In this document: positions 36,837 to 47,220 of the stretch, piece after piece
Layout: every line of letters begins with the position of its first letter
Numbering within the stretch: the first letter of the stretch is position 1
DNA from: Nitrosopumilus sp.
GTDB lineage: Archaea > Thermoproteota > Nitrososphaeria > Nitrososphaerales > Nitrosopumilaceae
Length of the DNA stretch: 64,000 nt
Direction: 5' to 3'
Assembly: GCA_965249555.1 (NCBI GenBank)
Contig: OZ252243.1
Coordinates: forward strand, 1,120,001 to 1,184,000
Notes under the pieces: generated by a model
What the model was told of the DNA's origin: nothing
Databases searched by the model: none
What the model saw: the letters and a program-made list of their open reading frames with translations, nothing else
Made by a program: the position numbers and the translations under genes

Positions 36837-37194
36837 ATCAAAAATTCCTTTTCAAAAATTTTAACAATTTTTGAAAATTATGTGAGTTTGCCACTTTTTA
36901 CTCTCATTTTCCTTGTACAATGATAAAAATATGTGGATATAATGAATTTTTTTTGTTTTTTTTGGAAAAAAAATGAAATTTTTAGCTAAACAACTATATT
37001 ACTACATATTATTTTTTCAAAAAATAAAGTATTCTAAAAAACTATACATATTTATTGATGATTTCTTCGTTTTTTTTGAAACTAATAACTTTGATCGCAA
37101 AATAATTTATAATATTTTCATCTTTTTCTGATTTTATTATAGATTTTATCGATCTATTCTTATATAGTTGTGAATTCTATAATAAAATACCAAG

Positions 37195-37653
37195 ATGACA
37201 TGTAAAGGAATTTGTGTTAGATACAAGGCTCAAAAGCCTGTTGGAACCGGAAGATATGCTTCTGGACAACGTCGATGCCAAATTTGTGAAATTTTCATCA
37301 AATGGGAAGGACTTTGGTGTCCATGTTGTGGATATAGATTAAGAACTAAACCACGTAATCTAAAATACAAAGCAAAATTGCGTGCTAGAGTTGAAGCTGA
37401 TTCTATTGAAGCTAAAGCAGCAGCAGATAGTAAATCACAAGAGATTGAAGTTGATGTAGCAGTAAAAGCTAAATCAAAATCAAAATCTAAAACTGTTAAA
37501 GCAATAAAATCAAAAGCAACAAAAAAGGAAAAAACTCCTTGCATACACTGTGAAAAATTGTTTGTTTATGCAGACAAACACGAAAAGAATTGCAAGAAAA
37601 ATCCAAGTATCAAAACTTCCCAAGAAAGTGAATCAATAGCAATAAAAGCATAA
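37195..37653 (+). CDS. Cys-rich zinc-binding protein with Lys-rich extension
   Basis: MTCKGIC...RCQICE...WCPCCGYRLRTKPR; extra CIHC..H...C finger. Confidence 0.8.
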   Translation: MTCKGICVRYKAQKPVGTGRYASGQRRCQICEIFIKWEGLWCPCCGYRLRTKPRNLKYKAKLRARVEADSIEAKAAADSKSQEIEVDVAVKAKSKSKSKTVKAIKSKATKKEKTPCIHCEKLFVYADKHEKNCKKNPSIKTSQESESIAIKA

Positions 37654-37670
37654 GATTTGTTCATAGCTTA

Positions 37671-38012
37671 TTGAACTCTCCAAGTGGATTTTCCCAGAAA
37701 ATGGTAAATTTGGAGAGCCGTACTTTTTTTTTACAAATTCAAAAATTTGAGAATGGATATTTTGTTTCTGTCTCAGAGGGTATCAACAAAATAGGTTCTA
37801 TGGTTGTTTCTTTAGCAACTGGGCCTACTCCAATTACGACAACTGTAATTCCATCTAGGAATGAATCTCTTTTTCTAAAACTTGTTGCTGAACAAATTAG
37901 CACTAGGATGAGAGGTATTGCTTTAGTTTCTGCGTTTATTCAAAAAGAACTAGAACCTAATACTGCAAAAGCCTTAATGTTTGAGATAATGGAAATGGTA
38001 GATAATGACTGA
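37671..38012 (+). CDS. Hypothetical protein (proteasome assembly chaperone 4-like)
   Basis: FENGYFVSVSE..KIGSMVVS; family call by resemblance only. Confidence 0.5.
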   Translation: MNSPSGFSQKMVNLESRTFFLQIQKFENGYFVSVSEGINKIGSMVVSLATGPTPITTTVIPSRNESLFLKLVAEQISTRMRGIALVSAFIQKELEPNTAKALMFEIMEMVDND

Positions 38013-39336
38013 TTTAAGAAATTATATTTCTCTAATAAAAAAGAGTAAAGATCTCAAAATTATAAAAACAAAAGTTTCGACAAAATTTGAAATTGCAGGA
38101 ATTACTGCAAAAATTGACGGTTCACATGCAATTTTATTTGAAAATATCAAAGAAAGCAATTTTAGTTTAGTTGCTAATTTAGTTGGCACTCGAAAAAGAT
38201 TTGCTCTGGCAGTTGGAGGTACAGAAAATAATATTCATGAAAAAGTCATTTCAGCAATTAAAAAAGCTAAACAACCAAAAATTATTCCTTCAGGAAAATT
38301 CATGGAAAACAAGTCAAAAAATCTCTTTTCCATGCCTATTGTAACTCATTTTGAAAAGGAATCTGGTCCATTTATCACGTCTTCTATTGTTTATGCTAAG
38401 AATCCTGAAACTGGAAAACAAAATTCTTCCTTTCATAGATTAATGCCAATTGATAAAACTCATTTTTCCATGAGAATGGTAGAAGGACGTCATCTTCATC
38501 GATGTTTTATTGATGCAAAAGAACATGGTGAAGATCTAAAAATTGCAATTACTGTAGGTGTTCATCCTGCAATTTCTATCGCAGGTGCATATCAAGCTGA
38601 ATGGGGAAAAGATGAAATTGATATTGCAAATTCTCTTTTGGGCGGAAAATTAACTTTGGCAAAACTTCCTTCTACAGGACTGAATGTACCATCAGGTGCT
38701 GAAATTGTAATGGAAGGAAAAATTCTTCGTGATAAAACTCATCGTGAATGGATGGTTGAAATGCTTCAAACATATGATCATAAAAGATCTCAACCCGTTT
38801 TTGAACTTGAAAATCTATATTTTAGAAATAATCCAATTTTCCATGATGTTCTATCTGGTTATTCAGAGCATAGATTACTAATGGGAATGCCAATTGAATC
38901 CAAGTTAAATGGAGAATTAAAGAAAACTTATTCTCAAACACAACAAGTTTCAATGACTAATGGCGGATGCAATTGGTTACATGCTGTTGTACAAATTAAA
39001 AAGAAAAGTGAATCTGATCCTAAAAAAATAATTAAAAAAACATTTGCCTCTCATCGCTCTCTAAAACAAGTAACTATAGTTGATGAGGATATTGATCCTA
39101 ATAGTGCTGAATCAGTAGAATATGCTATGGCTACAAGATTCCAAGCGGATAAAGATTTGATTATAATCAAAAATGTTCGTGGTTCTAGTCTTGATCCTTC
39201 TAGTAATCAACAGAAATTACAAACTGCAAAACTGGGTATTGATGCAACCAGATCTCTTTCAAAACGTCCAGAAGGATTTGAAATAGCAAAAATTCCAAAA
39301 ATCGACAAAATCAAACTAGAGAAATATTTCAAATAA
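38005..39336 (+). CDS. UbiD family prFMN-dependent decarboxylase
   Basis: GPFITS, NSSFHR, AEIVMEG, VDEDIDP, ATRFQAD, GSSLDPS, KLGIDAT. Confidence 0.93.
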   Translation: MTDLRNYISLIKKSKDLKIIKTKVSTKFEIAGITAKIDGSHAILFENIKESNFSLVANLVGTRKRFALAVGGTENNIHEKVISAIKKAKQPKIIPSGKFMENKSKNLFSMPIVTHFEKESGPFITSSIVYAKNPETGKQNSSFHRLMPIDKTHFSMRMVEGRHLHRCFIDAKEHGEDLKIAITVGVHPAISIAGAYQAEWGKDEIDIANSLLGGKLTLAKLPSTGLNVPSGAEIVMEGKILRDKTHREWMVEMLQTYDHKRSQPVFELENLYFRNNPIFHDVLSGYSEHRLLMGMPIESKLNGELKKTYSQTQQVSMTNGGCNWLHAVVQIKKKSESDPKKIIKKTFASHRSLKQVTIVDEDIDPNSAESVEYAMATRFQADKDLIIIKNVRGSSLDPSSNQQKLQTAKLGIDATRSLSKRPEGFEIAKIPKIDKIKLEKYFK

Positions 39337-39394
39337 TCAAAGTCAACTGATTAAATTAAATTGGATGAATTAAGAAACTATTGAGAGATTAAAA

Positions 39395-39883
39395 ATGTCA
39401 TCTGAGAATTCCAACATTCGTGAAAAAAGTCCTTCTGAATCACATGCAGAAGTTATTGTTAGGATGTTTCCTACAGATGCAAATCCGGCAGGAAATGTGT
39501 TTGGTGGTGAAATTTTAAAACATATTGATATGGTTGCAGGAATTGTAGCTCAACGACATTCTCAGTCAAATGCAGTCACTGTATCTATGGATAGTGTTAA
39601 TTTTCTAAAACCCATTTTTGTCGGGAATGTTCTCAAACTGAATGCCAGAATAAATTATGTACACAACTCGTCAATGGAGATTGAAGTTAAAGCTGAAGCC
39701 GAAGATATTGTCACTGGAATAAGAACCATTACTGGAAATGCTTTTGTTACATTTGTGGCTCTTGACAAAAATGGAAAACCAATGCATGTTCCAAGACTAG
39801 CTCTTAAAACAGATGAAGATAGAACCAAGTTTGAAGAAGGTAAAATTAGGATGGAAAAACGATTAAAAAATCGTCAAAAATAA
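39395..39883 (+). CDS. Hotdog-fold acyl-CoA thioesterase
   Basis: PTDANPAGNVFGGEILKHID, SSMEIEV, FVALD. Confidence 0.93.
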   Translation: MSSENSNIREKSPSESHAEVIVRMFPTDANPAGNVFGGEILKHIDMVAGIVAQRHSQSNAVTVSMDSVNFLKPIFVGNVLKLNARINYVHNSSMEIEVKAEAEDIVTGIRTITGNAFVTFVALDKNGKPMHVPRLALKTDEDRTKFEEGKIRMEKRLKNRQK

Positions 39884-39937
39884 CCATTTCTGATTTTCAT
39901 GGATCCCTTTAAGAATAATGAAAATTGTCTCTAATTA

Positions 39938-40351
39938 ATGTCTGAACAAGAAAAAAACAACGAATGGGATTCATTATGGCAAGAATATACAAAATCTCTT
40001 GAAGGCTGGAAATCACTTTTTGAGCAAATGCAAAATGCAAGTAATGACATGCAAGCTAAATTCAATCAAGTCTGGGAAAAAGCAACTACTGAATCTAGTG
40101 CCGACACCATGAAATCATTTGGAGAGAATTGGCAAAAAGCAATGACTGATGCAGGAATGAAGTACTTCCAAGAATTTGGAGAGAATTGGCAAAAAGCTCT
40201 CAATGATTCTAATGCTTCTGTTTTCAAACAATTTGCTGAAAATTGGCAAAATACTCTAAGTTCATCTGGATTAGAACAAATGCAAGCTTATGGCGAAACG
40301 ATGAAAAAATTTGCTGAAACTTGGAATTCTATGTGGCCAAGATCACAATAA
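39938..40351 (+). CDS. Helical Trp-periodic hypothetical protein
   Basis: Repeated F(G/A)E(N/T)W(Q/N) motif. Confidence 0.7.
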   Translation: MSEQEKNNEWDSLWQEYTKSLEGWKSLFEQMQNASNDMQAKFNQVWEKATTESSADTMKSFGENWQKAMTDAGMKYFQEFGENWQKALNDSNASVFKQFAENWQNTLSSSGLEQMQAYGETMKKFAETWNSMWPRSQ

Positions 40352-40358
40352 ATTATTT

Positions 40359-41036
40359 TCAAGTTGTTAATTCTTTAATTTTCTTTCTTGACTCTTCAAC
40401 TAATCGTCTCATAACTTGAATGTAAATTTCAGATGCATATGCAATTTCAATATCTTCACATTCTTCAAAATCTAGAAATGTAGATGCAATTACTTGGGTT
40501 TTTCCTACTTTAGGCTCGTTATTTTTATCTCTTTTACGATTTATGATTTCTAAAAATATTGGTAATTGTCTATTGATTTCAATACTCAACTCTTCTTTTG
40601 AGCGTAATTTTTCATTACTCAAATCAACTTTAATCTGTTGATAGATATCATCTTTGTATCTATCTGATGCTCTGATCATGATTTTAATTTTAGGTAGTTT
40701 TTCAAATTTATTTTTAAATTGACAAATTTTTTTTATAAAATTTGGATATGGACTTTCATGTTCTTGATTGTATTGTATTGAATACCATTCTGAAAATTTT
40801 ATTGCATTTTGATCATTTTTCATTTTTGCTTTTTTATCAAAGTTTTTTTGTGAAATCTTTTCTGAAATAAATAATCCAAAATCCCTGTCTCCTTCTTCAA
40901 AAATTCCATTAAATGTATCATTTACAGAATTTATGTATTTATTAAAAAAATAATTCACATAGTAAGGCTCAGGCTCATATTGTTTAATCTGTTTTAGATA
41001 TATCTCACAATTTTCTATTGTTTTTTCAATGTCCAT
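40359..41036 (-). CDS. Hypothetical protein
   Basis: 225-aa ORF coupled to the upstream gene. Confidence 0.7.
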   Translation of the reverse strand: MDIEKTIENCEIYLKQIKQYEPEPYYVNYFFNKYINSVNDTFNGIFEEGDRDFGLFISEKISQKNFDKKAKMKNDQNAIKFSEWYSIQYNQEHESPYPNFIKKICQFKNKFEKLPKIKIMIRASDRYKDDIYQQIKVDLSNEKLRSKEELSIEINRQLPIFLEIINRKRDKNNEPKVGKTQVIASTFLDFEECEDIEIAYASEIYIQVMRRLVEESRKKIKELTT

Positions 41037-41416
41037 TAGTCTTTGCCAGATTCAGAAGTAGCATATTTTGATTGTGCTTTCAAACTTGTTGCTAATTCTT
41101 TGAAAATTTCATTTACACTGACATCAACTAGATTAATGGTAGCGTTTTCTTTTACAATCTGTTTTTCAAATTTTTCTTTAATTGCAAAAGACACTGATGA
41201 CCAATGTAGAGTTCCTTTCAATTGTTCTTCAACTGTGATATTTGTTGTTGGAAAATTTGCTGGTGCAAATACAATTCCGTTTGTCCACTGCATTGTGGGA
41301 ATTCCACCACCTGAGGATCTTGTGCTAAATGCTATCTGTTTGACCCAATCATCAAATTTGTATTCAATTACCTCATGAATAATCAATTTTTTCCATGGTT
41401 CTACTGAGATTTCCAT
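41036..41416 (-). CDS. Hypothetical protein
   Basis: 126-aa ORF with PWKKLIIHE and WTNG motifs. Confidence 0.75.
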   Translation of the reverse strand: MEISVEPWKKLIIHEVIEYKFDDWVKQIAFSTRSSGGGIPTMQWTNGIVFAPANFPTTNITVEEQLKGTLHWSSVSFAIKEKFEKQIVKENATINLVDVSVNEIFKELATSLKAQSKYATSESGKD

Positions 41417-41501
41417 TTAATCATAGTACTCTTAAACCAATTATAATCTTATTTTTTAGCTCTTGCGTGCTTATTTATTGGAATATATTCACCATTTTTT
41501 A

Positions 41502-42479
41502 GTGGATAAATGGGCTGACTATATTTCTAAGGTTAGTTATGATACTGACCATCTGATCTCTGTTGCCATACGCCATCAAGATACTGAGAAAGGAATTACT
41601 GTGGGAGAGCCTGTAGATCGTTTGACCATACATTCTGATATCATAAATGGATTATTTTACATTACAATTTACAGTGGAAAGGAGTCCTGGAAAAAGGGAC
41701 ATAAAATACAAACTTTCTCAATTGGTGGCAATCCATACATCCGAATTGATGAAAACAAAGTAAAATTAGATCATCTTGGTGATTTACCTGAAGGACCAGT
41801 TGTAAAATCTGAATCCATTAAAGAATTAGAATTTCAACCAGAACCAACACCAGAACCAACACCCGAACCCCCTTCAAGTCCTAGAGGTTCATTACCAAAA
41901 GGATTCACAAAAGAACTTGTTCAAGAACCAGAACCAACACCCGAACCCCCTTCAAGTCCTAGAGGTTTATTACCAAAAGGATTCACAAAAGAACTTGTTC
42001 AAGAACCAGAACCAACACCAAAACCAACACCAAAAGAGGAAGAAGCTACTCCTCAACAAATTGCACAATTAGATAATCTACAAAAACAAATAAATGAATT
42101 AGAAGATTTACTGTCTGCTCATATTTTATCAGAATCTCAACTAAAAGAGGAAGAAGCTACTCCTCAACAAATTGCACAATTAGATAATCTACAAAAACAA
42201 ATCAACAAATTAGAAAAAGAAATTAAAAAATCTAAATCTACTCATATAAAGCGTAAAATTGTCAAACCAATACGAAAACAAAATAAAAAACTTGGTGGTT
42301 CAACTACTAAAAAAAGTACTTTAAAATCTAATTCTTCACAAGCCTATTGCGCAAGGTGTAAAACAAAAAGAAAAATTAAGAATCCCAAAAAAACTATGAA
42401 AAATGGCAGAGCTGCTGTTAAGGGATTTTGTTCTGTTTGTAACTGCAAAGTTTTCCGAGTTGTAAAAATGAAAAAATAA
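41502..42479 (+). CDS. DUF3892-like N-domain + Pro/Glu repeats + coiled coil + DUF5679-like Zn ribbon
   Basis: PYIRIDENKVKLDHLGDLPE; EPEPTP repeats; AYCARCK...MKNGR.AVKGFCSVC; GTG start at 41502 inferred. Confidence 0.7.
   Translation: MDKWADYISKVSYDTDHLISVAIRHQDTEKGITVGEPVDRLTIHSDIINGLFYITIYSGKESWKKGHKIQTFSIGGNPYIRIDENKVKLDHLGDLPEGPVVKSESIKELEFQPEPTPEPTPEPPSSPRGSLPKGFTKELVQEPEPTPEPPSSPRGLLPKGFTKELVQEPEPTPKPTPKEEEATPQQIAQLDNLQKQINELEDLLSAHILSESQLKEEEATPQQIAQLDNLQKQINKLEKEIKKSKSTHIKRKIVKPIRKQNKKLGGSTTKKSTLKSNSSQAYCARCKTKRKIKNPKKTMKNGRAAVKGFCSVCNCKVFRVVKMKK
41836..42202 (+). repeat. Intragenic duplications (78-bp tandem unit and a ~60-bp unit repeated at 111-bp spacing)
   Basis: PEPTPEPPSSPRG(S/L)LPKGFTKELVQE x2 and KEEEATPQQIAQLDNLQKQIN x2, near-identical in DNA. 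Confidence 0.9.
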
Positions 42480-42511
42480 TGAAATTTTTCTTAATTTCTA
42501 ATTTTACAGAA

Positions 42512-42985
42512 TTACATCTGTCTTGATTGCCATGCCTGATTAAATTTTTTGATGGCTTCTTGATATGCCATAATTGAATCATCACCTGATGTTTTAAGAA
42601 ATTTTTCCCATTGTTCATTGAATTTCTTTATTGATTCAATATTGGTTTCTTTGAAAATACTTTCAATCATCTTTGTTTGTTGTTTGATATATTCAGGACC
42701 AATTTCTTCCCATGTTTTCTCCCAACTTGAAGTTACTTTTTTTAATAATTCTGAATCTGATTCTATCGCTTTTTGACATGCATCATTATATGTCATTAAA
42801 GTTTCGTTAGTAGCTTTTTGCCATTGTGCAAGAGATTCTTTCCAACCGCTTAATGCAGTATTGTATTCTGTCCAAGCTTTTTCAAATTCTGGTTTTTTTG
42901 TAGAAGGTTTTGTTTGTTTTTTTGGTTTAGTAGTTGTTTTTTTGACTGATTTCTTTTTTAGAGTACGTTTTTTCTTGATAGCCAT
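42512..42985 (-). CDS. Lys-rich tail + Trp-periodic helical protein
   Basis: KKKRTLKKK tail; FEKAWTEY, FNEQWEKF, FNQAWQ repeats similar to 39938..40351. Confidence 0.7.
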   Translation of the reverse strand: MAIKKKRTLKKKSVKKTTTKPKKQTKPSTKKPEFEKAWTEYNTALSGWKESLAQWQKATNETLMTYNDACQKAIESDSELLKKVTSSWEKTWEEIGPEYIKQQTKMIESIFKETNIESIKKFNEQWEKFLKTSGDDSIMAYQEAIKKFNQAWQSRQM

Positions 42986-43305
42986 AAAATAGTTTGAAAA
43001 TAGTAGATGTTAAATCTTTCAATAATTTTCAAGTTTGAAAAAATCTAATAAATTTTTATTGAAATCCTGTTGCTTTGCTAAAATTTGGAAGATATTTTTT
43101 GTCCTTATTTTTGAATAATTTGTAGTGCTCCTTGCATAGATTTCTGGTTTCTTTAAAACTAATTTTTACTGTTTCTATTGATTTTAGCTTACATTCTGAA
43201 ATACTACATTGCAATATGACAAATAATCAATATTTGCTAATAAAACTTTGAAATTATGTTATTACCTTCTGCTAACTTTTTATCATTGCATAATATCGAA
43301 AAATT

Positions 43306-43512
43306 ATGAATGATGATGAAAAAGGGAAAAAATTTTTAGAATTAATTGATGATCAAAATAACCTTCAATGGAGTATTGTTGCAAAACTGTCTTCTCTAAT
43401 TAACTCAAAATGGAATTCAATTGGATTACAAAACGAGCTTACAGAATTAGTAGAAAAGCATTCTAAAATCACAAAAGAGCTTAACAGTCTTGATGATGAA
43501 GATACTCTATAA
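43306..43512 (+). CDS. Small coiled-coil hypothetical protein
   Basis: 68-aa ORF with ATG after an AT-rich promoter region. Confidence 0.6.
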   Translation: MNDDEKGKKFLELIDDQNNLQWSIVAKLSSLINSKWNSIGLQNELTELVEKHSKITKELNSLDDEDTL

Positions 43513-44436
43513 TGCAGAGTCTACCATTAATGCAATAAACAATACTGCCAAATATGGACTAGAAAATTTGAACAAAGTCCATGCGGCTTTTTCCATTGGC
43601 TTTACTATAACCCATATTGATAATGCCATCATTAATGCACCTGATGCAATTGCAGTCCATAGATATACCTGGCCTACCATTTCTTCACCGCTTTCTGTTG
43701 TTATGAAGAATGGGGCAATTGAAAACAATACCATTACAACAGTTGAACCTGCAATCACTCTTGCTGATGTTTTTTCAGACTGTACTGCAGTTAACATTGG
43801 AACATTTACTTTGTTATAATCTTCTTTGAAATGTAATGTCAAAGCCCAAATATGCATTGGAATCCAAATAAACACCAATCCTGCCATTGCAAGACCCATC
43901 GTCCACAAATCTGACATAGTTACAGCTACCCATCCAATCAACGGAGGAGCACCGCCACATAAACCTCCTAAAATTATGTTTGTCCTTGATCTTCGTTTTA
44001 ATGCATACGAGTAAACAAGAATATTATTTACCAATGCAAATGCAATGAATGCAGTTGCCCACGCACCTTGTTCTAATGTTGTAGTGAATGAAATCCCAAA
44101 TGCTAAAACTAGTGATATTCCAGCTAATGCCAATCCAAAATTTCTTGCTTTTACTGCAGGATAGATTCTTTTTGATGGTAGAGGTCTTTCCTTTGTTCTC
44201 TCCATTATTGCATCAATATCTCTGTCGTGATAGTTTGTCAAAGTGTTAGCAGCTGCTGAACCTGCTGCAACTGAAAATAACATTAACAGCCATGTTGCTG
44301 GAGAAATTTCAATACCATAAATATTGGATGCAGTTAGTGCTGCCCCAAATGCAGTAAAAACTAGTAAATACCAGATCTTTGGCTTTGTTAATTCATAGTA
44401 TACGGCAACACGAGATTCTGACTTGATTTTTTGCAA
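43507..44436 (-). CDS. ctaB: Protoheme IX farnesyltransferase (heme o synthase)
   Basis: LTKP, DRDIDAIMERTKERPLP, LKRR, WIPMHIW, DY...VPML. Confidence 0.95.
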   Translation of the reverse strand: MQKIKSESRVAVYYELTKPKIWYLLVFTAFGAALTASNIYGIEISPATWLLMLFSVAAGSAAANTLTNYHDRDIDAIMERTKERPLPSKRIYPAVKARNFGLALAGISLVLAFGISFTTTLEQGAWATAFIAFALVNNILVYSYALKRRSRTNIILGGLCGGAPPLIGWVAVTMSDLWTMGLAMAGLVFIWIPMHIWALTLHFKEDYNKVNVPMLTAVQSEKTSARVIAGSTVVMVLFSIAPFFITTESGEEMVGQVYLWTAIASGALMMALSIWVIVKPMEKAAWTLFKFSSPYLAVLFIALMVDSAL

Positions 44437-44438
44437 TG

Positions 44439-44906
44439 CTAGTCACTATCCTGTGTTGACATATATGGCATTGCCTTAGTTCGTGTTTTCATCTCAATAA
44501 ATGACTCTGAAGACTGAATTCCTTCAATTCTGCCAATTTTTTCAGAGACTATTTTATGCATTTGCTCTAATGATTTTGAATACATCGTTACCAGTATATC
44601 GAATCTACCCGTAACTTCTGCAATCTCTCTAACTCCATCAATCTTGAATAATTCCTCAATTATATGATCGCGCTTTTTTGAATCCATATTAATTCCAGTT
44701 AATGCCTTGACTTTGTAGCCAAGTTCAGCATCGTTGACAACAATTGTAAAACGTTCAATTAATTTTCTTTTAACTAATCTTTTGATTCTTGAATATATTA
44801 CCGAAGAGTTAACATTGATCTTTTTTGATAAACGTGGAACCGATATTGATGCGTCGTTAGCTAATTCTGATAAAATTTGTAAATCTAAATTATCTACTTT
44901 TACCAT
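44439..44906 (-). CDS. Lrp/AsnC family regulator
   Basis: DNLDLQILSEL...RIKRL; VTGRFD. Confidence 0.93.
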   Translation of the reverse strand: MVKVDNLDLQILSELANDASISVPRLSKKINVNSSVIYSRIKRLVKRKLIERFTIVVNDAELGYKVKALTGINMDSKKRDHIIEELFKIDGVREIAEVTGRFDILVTMYSKSLEQMHKIVSEKIGRIEGIQSSESFIEMKTRTKAMPYMSTQDSD

Positions 44907-44977
44907 TCAAAACACCTGAGTCGATCTAGATTTCTGGTTCTTATAAAGTTATTATTGTAAAAATTGCAAAAAATATC

Positions 44978-46054
44978 CTAAATCTTGCCTTTTTTGTATA
45001 GCATCTCTGCTAGTAAAACTGCACCTTTTGCTGAACCCATTTTCTTGTTGTGTGAAAACAATATGTATTTGAGTCCATTATCAAACAGTTCCTCTTTTTC
45101 AACTCTTCCAATTGTTGTAGTCATTCCATCTCCAACAGATCTTTCCATTCTTGGTTGAGGTCTTGTTGGATCTTCATGAAATGCATAATATTTTTCTGGA
45201 GCTGATGGTAACCCTTCAACTGAAATATTTTGATTGTAAGAGTTGTAGAGTTCTTTGGCTTTTGCAGGATCAATATCTTCTGAAGTTTCTACAAAGACAG
45301 ATTCAGTATGTCCATCAATTACAGGAACTCTAGTACATGTGCAACTAACTTTGATATCTGCATCCTCAATTTTACCGTCTACGAGTTTTCCTAAGATCTT
45401 TTTTGTCTCAATTCTGACTTTTCCTTCCTCTTTTGGAATGTATGGTATGATATTATCTGTGATTCCCATTGCTGATACTCCTGATCTTCCACCACCAGAG
45501 ATTGCCTGCATTGAAGTCATCAACACTTTTTTTACTCCATATTTTTCTAGTAATGGTTTTAGTGTAATTGCTAAACCAGTTGTGGTACAATTTGGCAGTG
45601 GTGCTACCCAACCTTTCCAATTGCGGTTTTTCTTTTGAATTTCAAGTAATTCGGCTTGTTCATCGTTTATTCCTGGAATGAGGATCGGAACATCTTCTTC
45701 ATACCTATATGCAGAACTAGTTGAAATTACTGGCAAGTCTGCTGCCATTTTAGTTTCAATGTCTTTTGCAGCTACTGATTCAACTGCTGAAAATACTAGA
45801 TCTAATTGTGATACGTCAAGATCATCAATTTTTTTGACAGTCATTGATTTGATATATTCGGGTATTTCTCCACCAACATCCCATGCAATAATCCCGTTTG
45901 CATCTTTGATTGCATCTAGGTATTTTTTACCTGCTGAACGTTCAGAAGCTGCAATTTGAGTCACTTGAAACCATGGATGATTGTTCAATGATTGCACAAA
46001 TTCCTGACCTACAGAACCTGTAACACCAATAATTGCTACTCTTTTCTTATCCAT
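44978..46054 (-). CDS. asd: Aspartate-semialdehyde dehydrogenase
   Basis: GVTGSVGQ, PNCTT, QAISGGG, CTRVPVIDGH; ATG at 46054. Confidence 0.93.
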   Translation of the reverse strand: MDKKRVAIIGVTGSVGQEFVQSLNNHPWFQVTQIAASERSAGKKYLDAIKDANGIIAWDVGGEIPEYIKSMTVKKIDDLDVSQLDLVFSAVESVAAKDIETKMAADLPVISTSSAYRYEEDVPILIPGINDEQAELLEIQKKNRNWKGWVAPLPNCTTTGLAITLKPLLEKYGVKKVLMTSMQAISGGGRSGVSAMGITDNIIPYIPKEEGKVRIETKKILGKLVDGKIEDADIKVSCTCTRVPVIDGHTESVFVETSEDIDPAKAKELYNSYNQNISVEGLPSAPEKYYAFHEDPTRPQPRMERSVGDGMTTTIGRVEKEELFDNGLKYILFSHNKKMGSAKGAVLLAEMLYKKGKI

Positions 46055-46137
46055 AATTTGATAATTGATCGCTTTCAATTAATAATCGTTTTCTGAATTA
46101 CCAAAACATACTAAATCGCCTAATTCTATTTGGAACT

Positions 46138-47220
46138 GTGAGAATACGAACAAAATCATCCATCATTAGACATGTTCCAGTAATACATGGTGGACAAAAT
46201 TCCATCAAAAACCCTAATTCTCATATTATAGATTTTAGTTCCAATATTACCCCTATTGGAATTCCACTATCTGTAAAGACAAATCTCAAAAAAAATCTAA
46301 ACAATATTCAAAACTATCCTGATTTTCGTTCATCAACACTAATTTCAAGCCTAAAAAAATACACATGCTTACAGAAATCAAATTTATTAGTTGGAAATGG
46401 GGCAATTGAGATAATCTATAATTTCTGTTTTGCACTTTTATCAAACAAAACCAAAGTCTTGATACCTGTTCCAACATTTCAAGAATATGAAACAGCAGCA
46501 AAACTCAACAACTGTAAAATTTCATATTTTAAAACAATGAATTTATCTGAAAACATTGATTCATTTATTTCACAAATACCACTAAATGGATGTGTGTTTC
46601 TTTGTAATCCAAATAATCCTACTGGTCAACTTTTGTCAAAAAAACAATTGCTCTCAATAATTAAAACTGCAAAAAAATTATCTTCAATTGTATTTGTTGA
46701 TGAATGTTTTATTGAACTAGTTCCAAAGTCAAACGAATCTATTATATCCTATGTAAAAAAATATGATAATCTTTTTGTTTTACGTTCTTTGACAAAATCT
46801 TTTGGATTGCCTGGAATAAGAATTGGATATGCTGCTGCTTCTAAACAAATGATAGAAATTTTGCAAAAAATAAAAATTCCGTGGAGTGTAAACACTCTAG
46901 CACAAGATGCAGCAAATATTGCTCTTAAAAATAAATCTCATCTTACAAAATCAAAATTAGTCATTAAAAAAGAATTTAGATATTTAAAAAATGAAATTGC
47001 TAAATTAGATGGATTTGAATGTCATGATTCATCTACAAATTTTATTTTAATTAAAACAAAATATGATTCAACAAAACTACAACAAAAATTACTTAAACAC
47101 AAGATCTTGATTCGTGATTGTAAAAATTTTAGAGGATTAAATAATCATTATATTCGTATTGCTGTAAAGTCTCATAAAGATAATCTAAAACTAGTAAGAG
47201 CATTGGAGATAATTACATGA
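46138..47220 (+). CDS. cobD: Threonine-phosphate decarboxylase (class I/II aminotransferase)
   Basis: HGG, DFSSNI, CNPNNPTG, SLTKSFGLPGIRIG; first gene of the cob cluster. Confidence 0.88.
   Translation: MRIRTKSSIIRHVPVIHGGQNSIKNPNSHIIDFSSNITPIGIPLSVKTNLKKNLNNIQNYPDFRSSTLISSLKKYTCLQKSNLLVGNGAIEIIYNFCFALLSNKTKVLIPVPTFQEYETAAKLNNCKISYFKTMNLSENIDSFISQIPLNGCVFLCNPNNPTGQLLSKKQLLSIIKTAKKLSSIVFVDECFIELVPKSNESIISYVKKYDNLFVLRSLTKSFGLPGIRIGYAAASKQMIEILQKIKIPWSVNTLAQDAANIALKNKSHLTKSKLVIKKEFRYLKNEIAKLDGFECHDSSTNFILIKTKYDSTKLQQKLLKHKILIRDCKNFRGLNNHYIRIAVKSHKDNLKLVRALEIIT

Noticed and set aside
36840-37190. Long AT-rich intergenic region as replication origin or ncRNA
   Set aside because: No ORB-like repeats, no cdc6/orc1 neighbour and no GC-rich stems
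46080-46137. Cobalamin riboswitch before the cob cluster
   Set aside because: The intergenic space is too short and lacks a B12-box motif
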